A stretch of 62,036 bases of DNA, the filler included, from Choristocarpus tenellus KU-1152 (Eukaryota; Protista; Phaeophyceae), in NCBI GenBank assembly GCA_964200185.2. It is 10 parts of 10 records of this genome, joined end to end, with 100 filler letters (N's around TTAATTAATTAA, not from the genome) between each part and the next. Parts side by side here need not be neighbours in the genome. Positions count along the whole stretch, not along the records: positions 12,985 to 16,122 come from CAXNAD020022043.1; positions 16,223 to 23,129 come from CAXNAD020007089.1; positions 23,230 to 26,460 come from CAXNAD020021378.1; positions 26,561 to 33,928 come from CAXNAD020006257.1; 6 more parts are not named here. One strand, written 5' to 3'. Every line of letters begins with the position of its first letter. The first letter of the stretch is position 1. Below are positions 13,484-26,605 of the stretch, piece by piece. Below the pieces are notes generated by a model. That model saw nothing but the letters and a program-made list of their open reading frames with translations. It was not told the DNA's origin and did not search any database. A program made the translations under genes and the position numbers.

Positions 13484-16122
13484 AAGTAGTATGGAGACTG
13501 GCCTGAAGAAACTTGCTGTCTGGACAGGGGCGACAGGAAGGTCATTGGAGACCTGGTCAACTTGGAGACTGTCACTGATCGCCTACGCTGGTGGAAAGGG
13601 CTCGTACGAGATTACGACAAGGGACTACAAGATTCCCGAAACACCCACCACCATCTCGGGAGAGGCAGTGCGTACAGCACATGCTACAGACTTGAAGAAT
13701 AACAAGGCGTTATGGTTCCTCCTTCTACAAACAACGAAAGGATCAGCATCCACGATTGTAGCGAAATACGAAAATGGAGGTCAACCAGATGGCAGAGGAG
13801 CTTGGTTGGAACTAGAACGAGTCTACAGTGGATGCGCGGAGGACGAAATCCCCGTACAAATAATCACGTTGGAGGCAAAACTCCGCGAATTACGGTGCAC
13901 AGCGTCTCAGGACCGCACCGATTTTGTCGTCAAACTCAAACGACTATTTTCGGAATTCGAGGAGCTCAAGGAGCCTAAATCCGAAAACATGAAGAGGGCA
14001 TCTATACTACTTGGGATCAAGGAATCAATGCCACATGTCTTCGCGCAATTGACAACACGCCCGGACATCAGCTATGAGGAGCTCAAACGAGCAGTCATCT
14101 CGTCGACAATTTACCTTCCCTCGGGTCAAGATGGTCATGATGGGGTATTTATTAGCTATGCATGGCAACGTGAAGAACGGCCATGCTCGGAAGATCAGGG
14201 AATCAGCTGGAAGCAGCCTCAGGCCAAATCAATGTGGTTATTGTTTAAGGATGAACCATCGGTGGCAGAATTGCTACCGATACTTAAATGGAAAGTCACC
14301 GGCAACACGTCCGCCTGGGATGGCACCCGGAACATTTCCGCCTCCTCCAACTCGTGGGAGCAGCAACAAAGTCGACGGAAACCAAGCGCGCTCCTTCTCC
14401 AGTTTCAAAGTGACAGCAGACGATGAAGTTAACAAAAGTGTGGTGTTCAACTCCTCTAGTGGAAGACAAGTCGAGATAATATGTGACCCTGGAGCAAACG
14501 TACATCTTACACCTGATTGTGAAGATCTCAGAAGTACTCGGGGCACCAAACGGACATGCATCTTCGACAACAATGGCAAATTGGAAGCGAAGGAAATCGG
14601 GGATATGGTTCTAATGGTGACGGACAAGGACGGCAAACCAACAAGAGTGGTTCTGAAGGATGTTCTATGGGTCCCAGGTCTACCATGCCGCATATTGAGT
14701 ACTGGAAGTATACCACGGAACGGAGGAGAATTTATCGATTCAGGAACAAAATAAAGTTATCTGAGAGGGCCTCCAAGAATTCGCCCAAGATAAACCTACA
14801 AAAGTCGGGGGGGGTTTTAAATCTAACTGGAACCATAATCAACATGGAACAAGAATAGAGAGCCAGGGCTGCACGAGCCAACCAAAAGCAGAGGCTGACA
14901 TTGAGGGACTGGCACAACATATTAGGTCACATCAACCCTTCAGCTATCAAGCACCTCGAGAAGCGTGGACTGTTGGAGATCATCGATGCTACTGTGGCGT
15001 CAGAACTGCAATGCGAGACCTGCAAGGAATGCAAATCCGAGGCCCTAAGCTATCAACGGGATGGCAGGACCCCAAGCAGCCCGGCGAGGTTGTCCACACA
15101 GATTTGGCGGGACATTTTAAAGCAGACATCACTGGCCATCAATATTTTCAGGTGTTTGTCGATGAGAGCAGCAGAAACAAGAGGGGTTATGGATTGAAGA
15201 CAAAAAACGCAGCGACGGATGCAACCGCTGCCTATATCGACCAGAGGACCAGGGAAGGTATACCAGTCAAATGCATCAGTGGGGATAGTGCTGGCGAGCT
15301 TGGGAGATCGGTGAAGTTCCTAAGGATGCTGGCGAACAACGGTACCCGATGGAGGAAATCTCCACCGAGAACACCACAGAGCAATGGAATCGCCGAAAGG
15401 GCGATAAAGCAACTTATGGGGGCAGCAAGGAGTCAACTGGTAAAGACTGGGCTGGGTGACGAGTATTGGTTCTTTGCCATCACGGACGTCGCCTTCAAGA
15501 CTGGAGGCATGCCACATGAATACCTCGGAGGAGAGATGCCATGCGAGCGTCTAACAGGAAAATCGTTCAACTACGATAGGCTTCGGGCCTGGGGGAGCGA
15601 ATGCTATGTTCATCAGGACAAGCAGCAGAGAGGGGTCAGCGCAATGTTCCACCCATACGCCAAGAGAGGTAAAATAATGGGACATGATCGCACATCATTA
15701 TGCTGGCACAACTGGCTTCCTCAAGAGGCCAAGTTGATAACTTCAGCCCACGTGACGTTCGAGCCAGACGAACACATCATGGACTTCGTGGGGGAGAGAG
15801 AGACCATGACTTCGACTAATGATGAAGACATTTCTGAGACTGAAGACGACTCTGATCGGTATTTCGATATTGCAGCCGATACGATACCCCAAGCAACACG
15901 CGTTGGAAAGAACTCAAGTACACGTAGTGGACAACGGAGGTCAGCTAGGATAGCTGAACAACCCAGGGTGGACTACAGGGGTTTACACTCTGGAGATACA
16001 GAAGATCTGGGAGAGAATATAGTGAATCTGCTCAGATCAAGCACGGATGATGCATACTGTTTGATGGGCATGGCAGGTGACATCTCAATAGGCCACCAGG
16101 AGCCATCAACCATCGCAGAACC
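13476..16122 (+). pseudogene. Copia gag-pol polyprotein, disrupted
   Basis: Domains are spread over three frames (ORFs 13476, 14074, 14556/14901, 15011): frameshifts near 14130, 14755 and 15080 plus an in-frame TAG at 14856-14858. Confidence 0.88.
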
Positions 16123-16222
16123 NNNNNNNNNNNNNNNNNNNNNNNNNNNNNNNNNNNNNNNNNNNNTTAATTAATTAANNNNNNNNNNNNNNNNNNNNNN
16201 NNNNNNNNNNNNNNNNNNNNNN

Positions 16223-19200
16223 CAATCCCGCCGCCCTCACAGGGGGAGGGGTCAACCCTTGATCGTTTTTTCAAGCGCCTGGGCCAAGGACAGAGCTCGA
16301 GGCTCTGGGACCATGGCCCTGAGCACACTGGAGTATTCCCGGGATCGCTACGCCCTCAGTTCCTTGAGCGTACATCGAGCGCACAAGCTGTTCAACAGAA
16401 ATCCTCCGCGTCATCTGATCCACCATGTTAGTGCTGTTTGTGTTGTACCTAGATGAAGTTGAAGGTGCTTTGTTCGCCATCACTTCAGGTGCGCTTTGAC
16501 TACCTTCATGACCATAGGTCCGGTGAAATGGCTATCTCAGCCTCGCTTTCCTCACTCCCCTAAACTCTGTCATTCCTTCCCTTGTGATTTATCTGGTGCA
16601 GGTCCTCAGCAATTAGGAGTGATTCCACCTCATCGGCATCGTCGGTCTGGGAGCCGGGATGAGAGGTCGACCTCAACAGCAGTCAGTAGTGAGGTCCCTG
16701 TCGGGAATGGAGAGCATCGAAAGGAGAGCAAGGGAGGAAGTGGTGCACATCCAAAACCTCGGGGGAGTGATAAGGGCAGGGGGGTGGACTTGAACACAGG
16801 ATGGAAACCACCACCAGGGGGGGTCACCACGCCGACTAACCCTGCAAGTAGTGGCACACTAGCCGCCCGTAAGAGTATGCTGATGCCCACCCGCCATCCC
16901 CCTCTGAAATCTTCCCTGAAGCAACCGAGCTACAGAGAGATGCGTTTTGAGGAGCTGTTACGTGAGGATGTGGAAGTGGTGAATCTGGATGAGCTGCGTC
17001 GACTCAGCTGGAACGGGGTGCCGGCACGCCACAGGTCGACGGTCTGGATGCTTCTTGTGGGGTATCTTCCTGCCAACCGGGCACGACGTAAGGGAACCCT
17101 TGGACGCAAGCGGAGGGAGTACCAGGAGTCTGTTCCCCAGTACTTCGATGTACCGGATTCTGCCCGTACCCAACAAGAGCAAAGTATCCTCCGCCAGATT
17201 CTTGTAGACGTGCCTCGAACATGTCCAGATGTGCCCTTCTTCCACCAGGATCAGGTGAGTTCAGGCATGCATACTAGGTTGTCACTGAGAGAAACATTGA
17301 ACACTTTTCTATTTGAGAGGAAAACGATTAGGTGAGAAGCGAAATATGATCCACACTTTAAGTATCTACCAACAAGAAAGGGCACCCTATTGTTGCTGCT
17401 ATTCCACCCCTTTTGATAAGCATGCCTTCTGTGTATGGGGGAGGTGAAAAAGATGGAAACTCTGAATGGTTGGAGTTGCAAGGTTCTCAGAGGTTACTTG
17501 TTTTGTATCTTTGATCGCGGCAACTATTGCTAGATGGGAGGACTGCCATTCCCTCAAAGGGAGGCAGGGGGATAGCAGAAGGAAGCAGCAGAGCACGAGA
17601 GTGAGGAAATACGACGGTTTACTTCCAGTGCTCAATTGCTATGAACAGAGTTTATCCTCTCTGTTCAGACCACTTGTCAAAATCTTGTTTACAATGCGCT
17701 TACCTTATTCTATATATAATTTGGTGTAATCTGAACCAATGCTATTAATTTTGTGGTGTGTGGTGTACCACACAAGAATGTTGGGTATCCCATGATCCCC
17801 CTCTAATCTGTTGAGATATATGCTGTTTGTAAGGGTTTATGCTCACAGGCTCCAATTTCAAGCCACCATGTATGCCACTACATGTTTAAATCATGTATAC
17901 CTCAAGGAATCAAGGGAAATATTTAGAAATGGGAGTTAGAGTAGCGGATGGGGAAACTGTGAAAGTGGTGATAAGGGGGGGTAGGGGCAACCTACCGGAG
18001 ATCGAAGCTTGGGACCTGTTTTGGGCGACAGCATTTTGCTCATTGAGGAGAGGCACGAAACATTGAGATTAGAAGCAAGAATAGCACAAGCTTATTGCTT
18101 GATGGCAGGCATAGGCAAATCCAGTTACACATTTTGTCTTATCAATACCCCTCCACATTTCATGTCCTTTCTGTGTGGCTATCCGATCCATATTTGGTGG
18201 GACTTGGTGGCACAAATGTTTTCAATTTCCCAGGTTCAACGGGCGATGGAACGCATCCTATACATCTGGGCCATCCGGCATCCAGCCAGCGGTTATGTGC
18301 AGGGCATCAATGACCTCATCACCCCCCTGTACCTCGTCTTCCTCTCCGCTTATGTTGGTGAGTTCTACCCCTCCCCCCTCCCCCTGCTTGCCACCCCTCA
18401 ACAGACTATCATATCTAAAGCAGTGTGGATTACAGACTACTTTTTGATACTGTACAACAACAATAAGTGATGGCACATTTTTTTTATTGTTCGATAGGTT
18501 TTGTGTACTTGCTTACCTAGGTTCTACAGTAGTACTTCTTATTGGTTCCAACATGCCAACAAGAAGCCGGTCTAAATGGACATGTCCAAGGTTTGCAAAC
18601 TACTCCGTGCATGCAAAATCAGATAACTGCTTTTCTCTTAGGTAGTGGCACCCTTTCCTTTGGTGACTTGACATTCTCACCTTCTTTTGACCTGGTTTTG
18701 TGCTACTACCCCAAGAAGTCTTGCACCCCTCCTTGCTCGAGGAAGATTAATAAAGTCCCGACCAATGCCTCATTTGAGGAGCACCTTTTGTTATGAGAGA
18801 TCCCTACATCCCTCAGTGACAATCCTACTACTCTCCTTCCCCCCCACCTACCCCCACCCCATCCATATTCCTCAAAACACTGTGGAGATGTTTCTGTGGA
18901 GGCAGCCGATGTCACCAAGATCAGGGAGTCCAACCTGGCTGAAGTGGAGGCCGATGTGTACTGGTGCCTCACCAAGCTCCTCGACAATGTTCAGGTGGCC
19001 CATCCAAACACCTGCCCTTGAAGTACGCAGAGGAGAATACTCAGGGTCTCGAAGTGTGTCAATAATTTATATGTGGGCTTCAAAGTGATGCTAATTAGCG
19101 CTGATGTGTGCAGTAGATTTTATCTCTTTGCTCTTACCACAGCAAGGTCTTAACTGCTCCCACTCACATACACTCGTTCACCTCTTTTTATTTGTCCCAC

Positions 19201-20855
19201 CATTGCTAAGGCGTTAACAACAGACTTCACTGATACCCTAACCCTAATTCTAGATAGTAAATAACCGGCCAGCCAATTTTTTTTTTGCGTGAATTTGGTG
19301 CTGCTTTCCCACGTTTGTACGCTTGTGAAGGACCACTACACAGCAATGCAGCCAGGCCTTCAGCGGATGATCCTCAGGTTGGAGGATCTCGTGCAACGCA
19401 TTGATGGTGAGAAGAATGTGGCATCCTTGCCGGGATGTGCAGGAGGTTCGCTTGCTGGAGCTCTTCAAAGCCGTAGGAGCCAGAATATGATGCCTGCTGT
19501 TGCGTGTGCCCGTGTGCCCGTGTGTGTGTGTGTGTGTGTTTACAAGTGTTCCGGTGTCCGTAACCCCTGTCCTTTCAAACACAAGTTTGTAGAGTCATGG
19601 AGACGAGACAGTTCGCTCTCATGTTGACTTCTTTCACAGAGCATGTATCCACCTGCGGAATCAACCAACTCGGAGGCCGTCTGCTTTCTCGATATGCCTA
19701 TAGTGCGAGGCTGTGCTGGCTGGGGGGCAGACGCCATACAGCACATATCAGACACCGTTCTGTTCATTGGTAGTGGACCTTTAGTGGCGGTCTCCTCATT
19801 ATCGACACCTGGCGATCCTCGCAACCCCAGTCATTCCCCCGCCATGAAAGGTCGATGGCATGTGCTCATAGCACGATGCCCTCAGCAGGACTATCCACCC
19901 ACCCCTCCCAGACCGTAGCTCTCACTTCTCCTCTCGTGCTCGTCCCGTGTCAGTGGAGTTGTACAAGCATATAACGGACGAGGGGCTGTTGTTCATTCAG
20001 TTTGCCTTCCGATGGATGAACTGCCTCCTCATGCGGGAACTCCCGCTCCGGGCAGTGGTGCGGGCATGGGACACCTACCTTGCTGAGGAGAATGGGTTCG
20101 AGTCCTTCCAAATATATGTGTCTGCCGCATTGCTGTGTCACTTCTCCTCTACCCTCAGAGAGATGGATTTTCAGTCCATGGTGGGTATGGGGTGAGGTGG
20201 GAGTGTGTGGGTGGGTGGGATTGGAGCCAAAATCGAGCAAGTTGAGGCATTGTAGAGCATGGGTGGTGGGATTGAAGGGTGTGTGTATGAGCTGTGGTGT
20301 AGGAGGACTGGAGGAACTTGTTTGTGGCGGTTGTGTTATTCAGTGCATTCTTTTACTTGTTGTAGGTTGATAGAGTTGTGTTGTGTAGACCATCAGCATG
20401 GTACTTGGGGGGGGGGGTCGAAAATTCGCAGAAAATGTGTGGAAAAATCTACAGAAAATGTGTGTGAAAGAAGTTGTGTTGTGCACACAGATGATCTCAA
20501 GCTGAAAGGGGATGAAGAGACTTGCCCCCAACGTTAACAACCGGTCGCGTATGTGTTTTTTGCTTTATGATTCGTACATAGAAGTGATCCACAGTCCTAT
20601 CAATGGTCTTAAGACCACTGGAAGCTGTCCTCAGTAAGACCTCTTCCTGCCCTTCCCCTCGTGATTGTCCCTCTTGTGATGCTACCCCAAATGGAAAAAC
20701 CGCTTGTTGTAACTGTGGACTGTTTGTGTGTGTGTGGGGGGGGGGGGGGGGGGGGGGTTTCCCACAACGGGGTCGGGGGTATTTCTGCAGGGGGCGGGAA
20801 GGGACACCGCCTAACCCCNNNNNNNNNNTTCTGCTGTGTTGTGGGGGGGGGGGGT

Positions 20856-20886
<31 letters not shown>

Positions 20887-21040
20887 GATGTTGCCATCAA
20901 CGGATCAGGTGATATTCCTGCAGGACATGCCCACGAAGGAGTGGGGAGAGGAAGATGTGGAGCCACTCCTTTCACAGGCGTACATCCTTGGTACACTCTT
21001 TGAGGACTCTCCAAACCATCTCAGTGGGGGTGGATCCTGA
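16223..21040 (+). CDS. TBC1D22: TBC-domain Rab GTPase-activating protein, TBC1D22/Gyp1 family (5' partial); exons 16223-16426, 16602-17254, 18234-18357, 18888(or 18906)-18994, 19331-19406, 19954-20180, 20909-21040
   Basis: LRRLSWNGVP, R-finger ILVDVPRT, Q-finger WAIRHPASGYVQGINDL, EADVYWCLTKLLD, QFAFRWMNCLLMRE, WDTYLAE; all splice phases consistent. Confidence 0.95.
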
Positions 21041-22147
21041 CCTTTTTCAGCTCTGCATACGATCCTCCTGTGCTGCGCATAAGTCCTTGTGGATGAGGGC
21101 TATCCTTTAGTCACGAGTATCACCTCCTTCCAGCCTTGTCTCCCTGACTGCTTCCTTTTGCTGCTACTGTCATAGCAGCCCAAGTATTGCCAGGCGGTGA
21201 CTGGTATCGTCACACACACGTCCACACACACAAACTCTTCCAGTACATAATGGCTGTACTTCCTGCCCCTCAAAAACTCCCATCCTGACTTCGCAAGAGG
21301 ATCAAGGACGGAGATTAGTGTCTCCTATTGCGATTCTCTTGGTCGTTTGGCTCGGTTCTGTTGTTTGCTTGGAATCAGATGCTGAATGTGACATTGACCT
21401 GGTTGGGGATTTTATCTGGGTCAGGATCAGAGACCATTGTAGGAGGGAAGGGGTTCTACAAGTTGTGCAAAGCTGCGAGTATTGGTCCTATGTGGTGCAG
21501 ATTCCCCTGAGTACTCTTACAAATTCAAGGTGTAGTATTAAGCTGCTCGGGTTTCACCCATAGACGATCCCTCCCCTCTAGATTGTTGAGGGGGGGACAT
21601 GCGACGGCTTGGTTGTCAGTTACGCTGATTTTTAACTAGGCGTGACCATGACTTACTGACCTGAGAAATGTAATATGTGGAAGTGATGCCTACTATTGTA
21701 GTGGGTTCTGTGGGAAGATTGATGACCCTCGGTGTGCAAAATGAAGTATTTGAAGAATGTGACCTGGAAAACAAATGCAAAAGTTGAAAGAATGCTCACC
21801 ACCACAGTGAAAAATTGTTGTTTAAGGAAATTTCTATTTTAGTCTCTGTTTTATGCAGTTATTTAACTGTCCCTGTTGCTGTCAGCTATTACAAAGCACT
21901 TCATGTTCAGGTTGGAGGATTGTTGACAAGAAAATTTTTGAAGTGAGGTCCTCACCCCACTCACTTTTTGATGGCAGAGGGGATAAGAGGCACCCCTGCT
22001 TCTTCCTTTTTCCAACAGCCAGGTCAAGTCGGGAGGGTAAGGAATGATAGACTGATGTAGTACTTGAGTTGCTTTCTCATGTGGGTACTTCCGCATTTTG
22101 ATAGTACCTCTCATTGTTTATGCATTGGTTGTGACAAGCAGTGTTGT

Positions 22148-22326
22148 GGCTCAAAGTATCTGGTGGGGGGTGGCGGCTGTCCATTTGCTGACCTTTTTTC
22201 CATTTTGCGATTTTTGGGTGATTTGGTTCCATGTGTTGGATGGATGATGTAAGTGCACCTTTCCAGGTCAGGACCCAAATGGACTCCCTGGTGTAGACCC
22301 CCCACCCGCTCCAGATACTTTGAGCC
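22148..22326. mobile_element. 179-bp MITE-like element with perfect 16-bp terminal inverted repeats
   Basis: ggctcaaagtatctgg (22148) ... ccagatactttgagcc (22326); a similar right end occurs at 10-62. Confidence 0.75.
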
Positions 22327-24648
22327 TTGTGTGATGTGTGTGTGGAGGTGTACAAACTCTTGCAGTGAAGAGAGTTGAAGTGTAATATGAGTGCCTCTTT
22401 TCTTCTAATAGAGGTGCCGTAAGGCAATTGCTGTCATTGGTGCAGGTCACGAACTTTCAACAACCACTTCATTGGTGATCAATGTTGTTGATAGGAGAGA
22501 CGCGTGGTGTGAAAAAGTCGAGAATCTGTCTGCAGTATTGGGTACAATCTAGACGAGACATTTTTTTCTGTACCTCTCCTCCATATGTGGCGACATAGTC
22601 CTTTGTTTGGGATGGGTACATGTCAACCATTGACACTTGCGTTGCAGAAAGGAAAGAATGACGGGAAACAGTTGACTGTGTCTGTGATACGGGGTTTGTA
22701 ACTGTGGTATTAGTGTATGTAGTCAATGTTGTGGTTGTTGAGATTTTTTTCCCTCTTCTTGTCTGAACCAGTCTAATTACCCCAGTAGATGTTTGCGTGT
22801 CTTCCTTTCCTCGTGCCTGGTGAGGATTGGATAGTGTGTAGTATGTTTTTAGATAGATGGTCTATTTGAGTGGTGTGTTGTGTAATGGACTGTATCGTAT
22901 CGACTTACTATGGTTACCGTGAAGAAGGCACACGACAAAAACGTACCGTTGCTTTGAAGCACAGAGTTTCTGTCTGTTGTCTGGTTTACGTCCCCATTCT
23001 TTATCATCATACTCTACATGATGTAGGAGTTACGACAACATCGTGTATGTTGTTAACAGAGCGATTAATTTCAAACAAGCGTAAATAACAGAGGATTTTC
23101 AAAATTGAGGATGGAGCGGGGCTATGAGGNNNNNNNNNNNNNNNNNNNNNNNNNNNNNNNNNNNNNNNNNNNNTTAATTAATTAANNNNNNNNNNNNNNN
23201 NNNNNNNNNNNNNNNNNNNNNNNNNNNNNGGAGGGGGGGGGGGTAGTCCCGACTTAGGGGAAAACCACTTCCATGCAAATGTATTCTTTTGATTTGTGGA
23301 AATGTTAAAAAAAAAAGATCTCAAACAGTCGAGCATTTTCCAATGTAAAAAATAAAATAAATCAATTTGGTGGGATATGTACCTTAAAAACCCAGAAGAC
23401 TTAAAAAAAAAGAATGTTACCCACACTCAGGAATCTGTACCATCTATTTTGAAAAGGAAAAGTCGGCCTCTATGAACAGGAGTTTTGCAACTCAGACCCT
23501 GTAAAGAGATTAAGAGAAGTCGCGATATTCACCAAAACCTAAAATGCACTCAGAAGGAAAAGAAGCGTGTTTTAATTTAATTTAATGTAATTTTAAATAA
23601 ATAAATAAAAGAAAAAATAGGCTTGTGCTTTTCATACCTTCACAACAAAAAAGTTTGTTATGTTTACAAAACAATTTGGAACCATATCCATTTTGTTTTA
23701 TTAACTGAACAGTATCAAAACTATGACTAAAGTATAAAATAAATATAATATCTTTTTTGTCGTTTTGTTGGTAGTAGAGTTCATCAATACGGTGAAACAT
23801 GACTCTTAACCCTAACCCTAACCCTAACCCTAATCTAACCCATGAACAGAATGTTACAGAACATACAGTTTAATGACATCACCATAAACCTTCCAAGTCA
23901 TTGATCATATCATACCAGCATACCAGACCCATTTATACCACACACCCCACCCAGTGTCGCTGGGAAATCCCAAATACCTTGGGAAAACCCATTTTGTGCC
24001 AAATACTCAAAAACCACATTTCAAGCATCTCAACAACTTTGACCAGTGTGTATATAAGGTAGGGATGATATCATCTCTTGCCTCTGTTAGGGTTAGGGTT
24101 ATGGCTACACTTGATGGAAGTGCAAGTTATTCAAACCAAACCCTAACCCTGTAGAAGCATGTGCTTGTAACTGAGAGGACAGACTGTTGCAGAAAGAACA
24201 ATCCAGGAAATTTCCCATTCACACAGAAATAAACAAATAATAATAATACTATTAAAAATAGAGATTGAAGAATGGTAAGACGTTCTGATCTTTACTGACA
24301 ACAAACACAGTAGTGAGAGTATTTGACCAATTCACCTCAGAAGGTGATACTTCCATGAGTATAACTGAATAGGCTATAGCTCACTGAATGATGATAGACT
24401 ACTATTATCTACAAAGAAGACAATGGGAGACAACCAACACACACACACACACAAAAATATAATATATTCAAAATTAAAATTCTCAATACAAACAAAAAAG
24501 AATGCATGAAAAAAGAAAAAGAAATTTCGCGGCACCCCCCCCCCCCCAAAAAAACAAAACAAAAAAAAAATAAAAAAAAAAATATTATTATTCCTTCATT
24601 CCACTCCCACAGAGCCAGCCTTATCTGTGTTATCTGTTTAGTTCCCAC

Positions 24649-25870
24649 CTGCGAAGTTGCACCCAGTGCATGAGACAATCCTCATCAACCATCTCCGTGT
24701 TGAGCAGCAACTGCAATACATACCTAAATACGGCTCTAAGGGTGGTTTCACACTCGGGCCTGTTCTCAAACAAAAAATAAAAAGAGATGAAAAAAATATT
24801 TACACTTAAATATATATATATAATGTATGTATGTACCTTTATAAAAAACTAAGAAACGATGTGAATGTGAAGTGCTTGAAAAAAAACTAAGAAAAGATGT
24901 GCTGCCAACAACACAAAAATAAAAAAAAGTTGTGCTACTAATTCATACTTCATCTCATTTTTGCCAACAGGAATTGTTTCTGTTGTTCACTAACAGTGAA
25001 TAACAAACATTACAAAAATAGTTGAGACATCTGAGGGGAACAATGGCAGTGACCTTGTATTGGGAAAGGTCCTTCGGCATGGCAGGCACACACACCCATG
25101 CACACAATACAAAAACTCCTCTACCACAACAGACAAAAAAAGAAAAAGATATGTGGGATTTAAAAAGATTGAAGGGATTAATTGGGGGTACTGTACCGTA
25201 ATTCAAAAAACGTAATTAAATTTTTTTTTTGTCTCCCTAATTATTATTATTATCTTTACTGTTGTGAACTGCGATGACGGTTCAATTGAGTTCTATTCAA
25301 CTTAAATTGGAATAACCCTAACCCTCAATTGAACTTAAGAAAAAAATAAAACAAACTATTGACGTCTCGGAGGTCACAGAACCAAAAAAACAATACATAC
25401 ACACACACACAAAGTACACTACATTTTGTTTGGAAGTTGTCACTACCCACAAGTCACCACACATTCACAACTTCAGACCTTACTTTTTAAATTAATTTAA
25501 TTTACTTTTATTTATCTGTAGAAGGTTAGTTCGAAGCCTATACAATTATTTTTTTTTGCCTTGTGTTCCGACACTTCAAATATTTTTATTTTTCAACCAC
25601 TTTCTGTTCACAACAAAAAAATAGTAATAATAATAGTAAAACTTTGACACCATAGTAGGAAGTCATCAACAAATACCTCCTCCCAACACACTAGCCAATC
25701 AAAGCACCCTCTCCCCTAAAACAGTTCACTCCTCTCTACCAAACCCTGTCTGACAATCCTAGTCCGTACTTACCTCAATGCGTATCCCTCAACCACCTTT
25801 ACCATCTCCAAGTCGTCCCCAGCCTCCACCTTGAGCTTATGCAAGAGTGGCTTCCAGTGGTCTATTTGAC
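24649..25870 (-). CDS. W2-domain protein fragment, probably translation initiation factor eIF2B epsilon C-terminus; exons 25870-25774 and 24759-24649
   Basis: Not in the ORF track. In-phase exons give QIDHWKPLLHKLKVEAGDDLEMVKVVEGYALRPECETTLRAVFRYVLQLLLNTEMVDEDCLMHWVQLR, matching the W2 aromatic/acidic-box pattern; eIF5 or another W2 protein is not excluded. Confidence 0.75.
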
Positions 25871-26560
25871 CTTTGATAGCACTAACAAGAGTCATTCCCT
25901 GTGACAAACAAGGGTGTATCATAAAACAGACCAACAATTATTCACATCCTAACTTGATCATTGATGACGTCATATTCTCACCCAACACTTCATCCCCCTA
26001 TAACCCTAAAAGTCAAAACATGAAATGAAATGAGTCCCCCCAAACAGATATTTTTTCAAGTTCTTTTTCAAATAATAGACTCAAAAATATATTTATCGAC
26101 CACAACTCCATGGCAAAAACATCACCCAGTAGTGCTCTGGTGAGCCACAGAGTCAAATCCCCTCCAATAATAAAAAACGAACACAACCATTACAACATGA
26201 ATAACCAACTCCTCAAACATACGATGAATAACCTAATAAACTACTACTACGTTCTTCCCGCTAATAAACTATATGTTAATAAACTATAAACTACTTTATG
26301 TTCTGAAAAGTAAACCCTCTATGTCCTGTGTATCATAATTTCTTTTTCAAAAACATGACAAATCTTCTAAATAACCCCCCCCCCCCCCCCCCAAACACTC
26401 TTCCTTCAAAAGAGGGGGGGGGGGGGGGCATACTTTGTATGTGAGCCCAAGGAAGGGGGANNNNNNNNNNNNNNNNNNNNNNNNNNNNNNNNNNNNNNNN
26501 NNNNTTAATTAATTAANNNNNNNNNNNNNNNNNNNNNNNNNNNNNNNNNNNNNNNNNNNN

Positions 26561-26605
<45 letters not shown>

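Larger units (their letters stand above)
13287..16122 (+). mobile_element. Ty1/copia LTR retrotransposon, degenerate, truncated by linker at start of RT
   Basis: Domain order gag (DGRGAWLELERVY), zinc knuckle CGYCLRMNHRWQNC, protease ICDPGANVHL, GAG-pre-integrase WHNILGH...CETC, integrase D-D-E (VHTDLAG, ISGDSAGE, PQSNGIAER), then EPSTIAE (RT start). Integrase before RT indicates copia. Putative LTR ends in CA at 13471; LTR start (13287 or 13297) uncertain. Confidence 0.93.

Noticed and set aside
14074-15090. Programmed frameshifting in the copia polyprotein
   Set aside because: Three shifts plus an in-frame stop, some within conserved domains, fit mutational decay better
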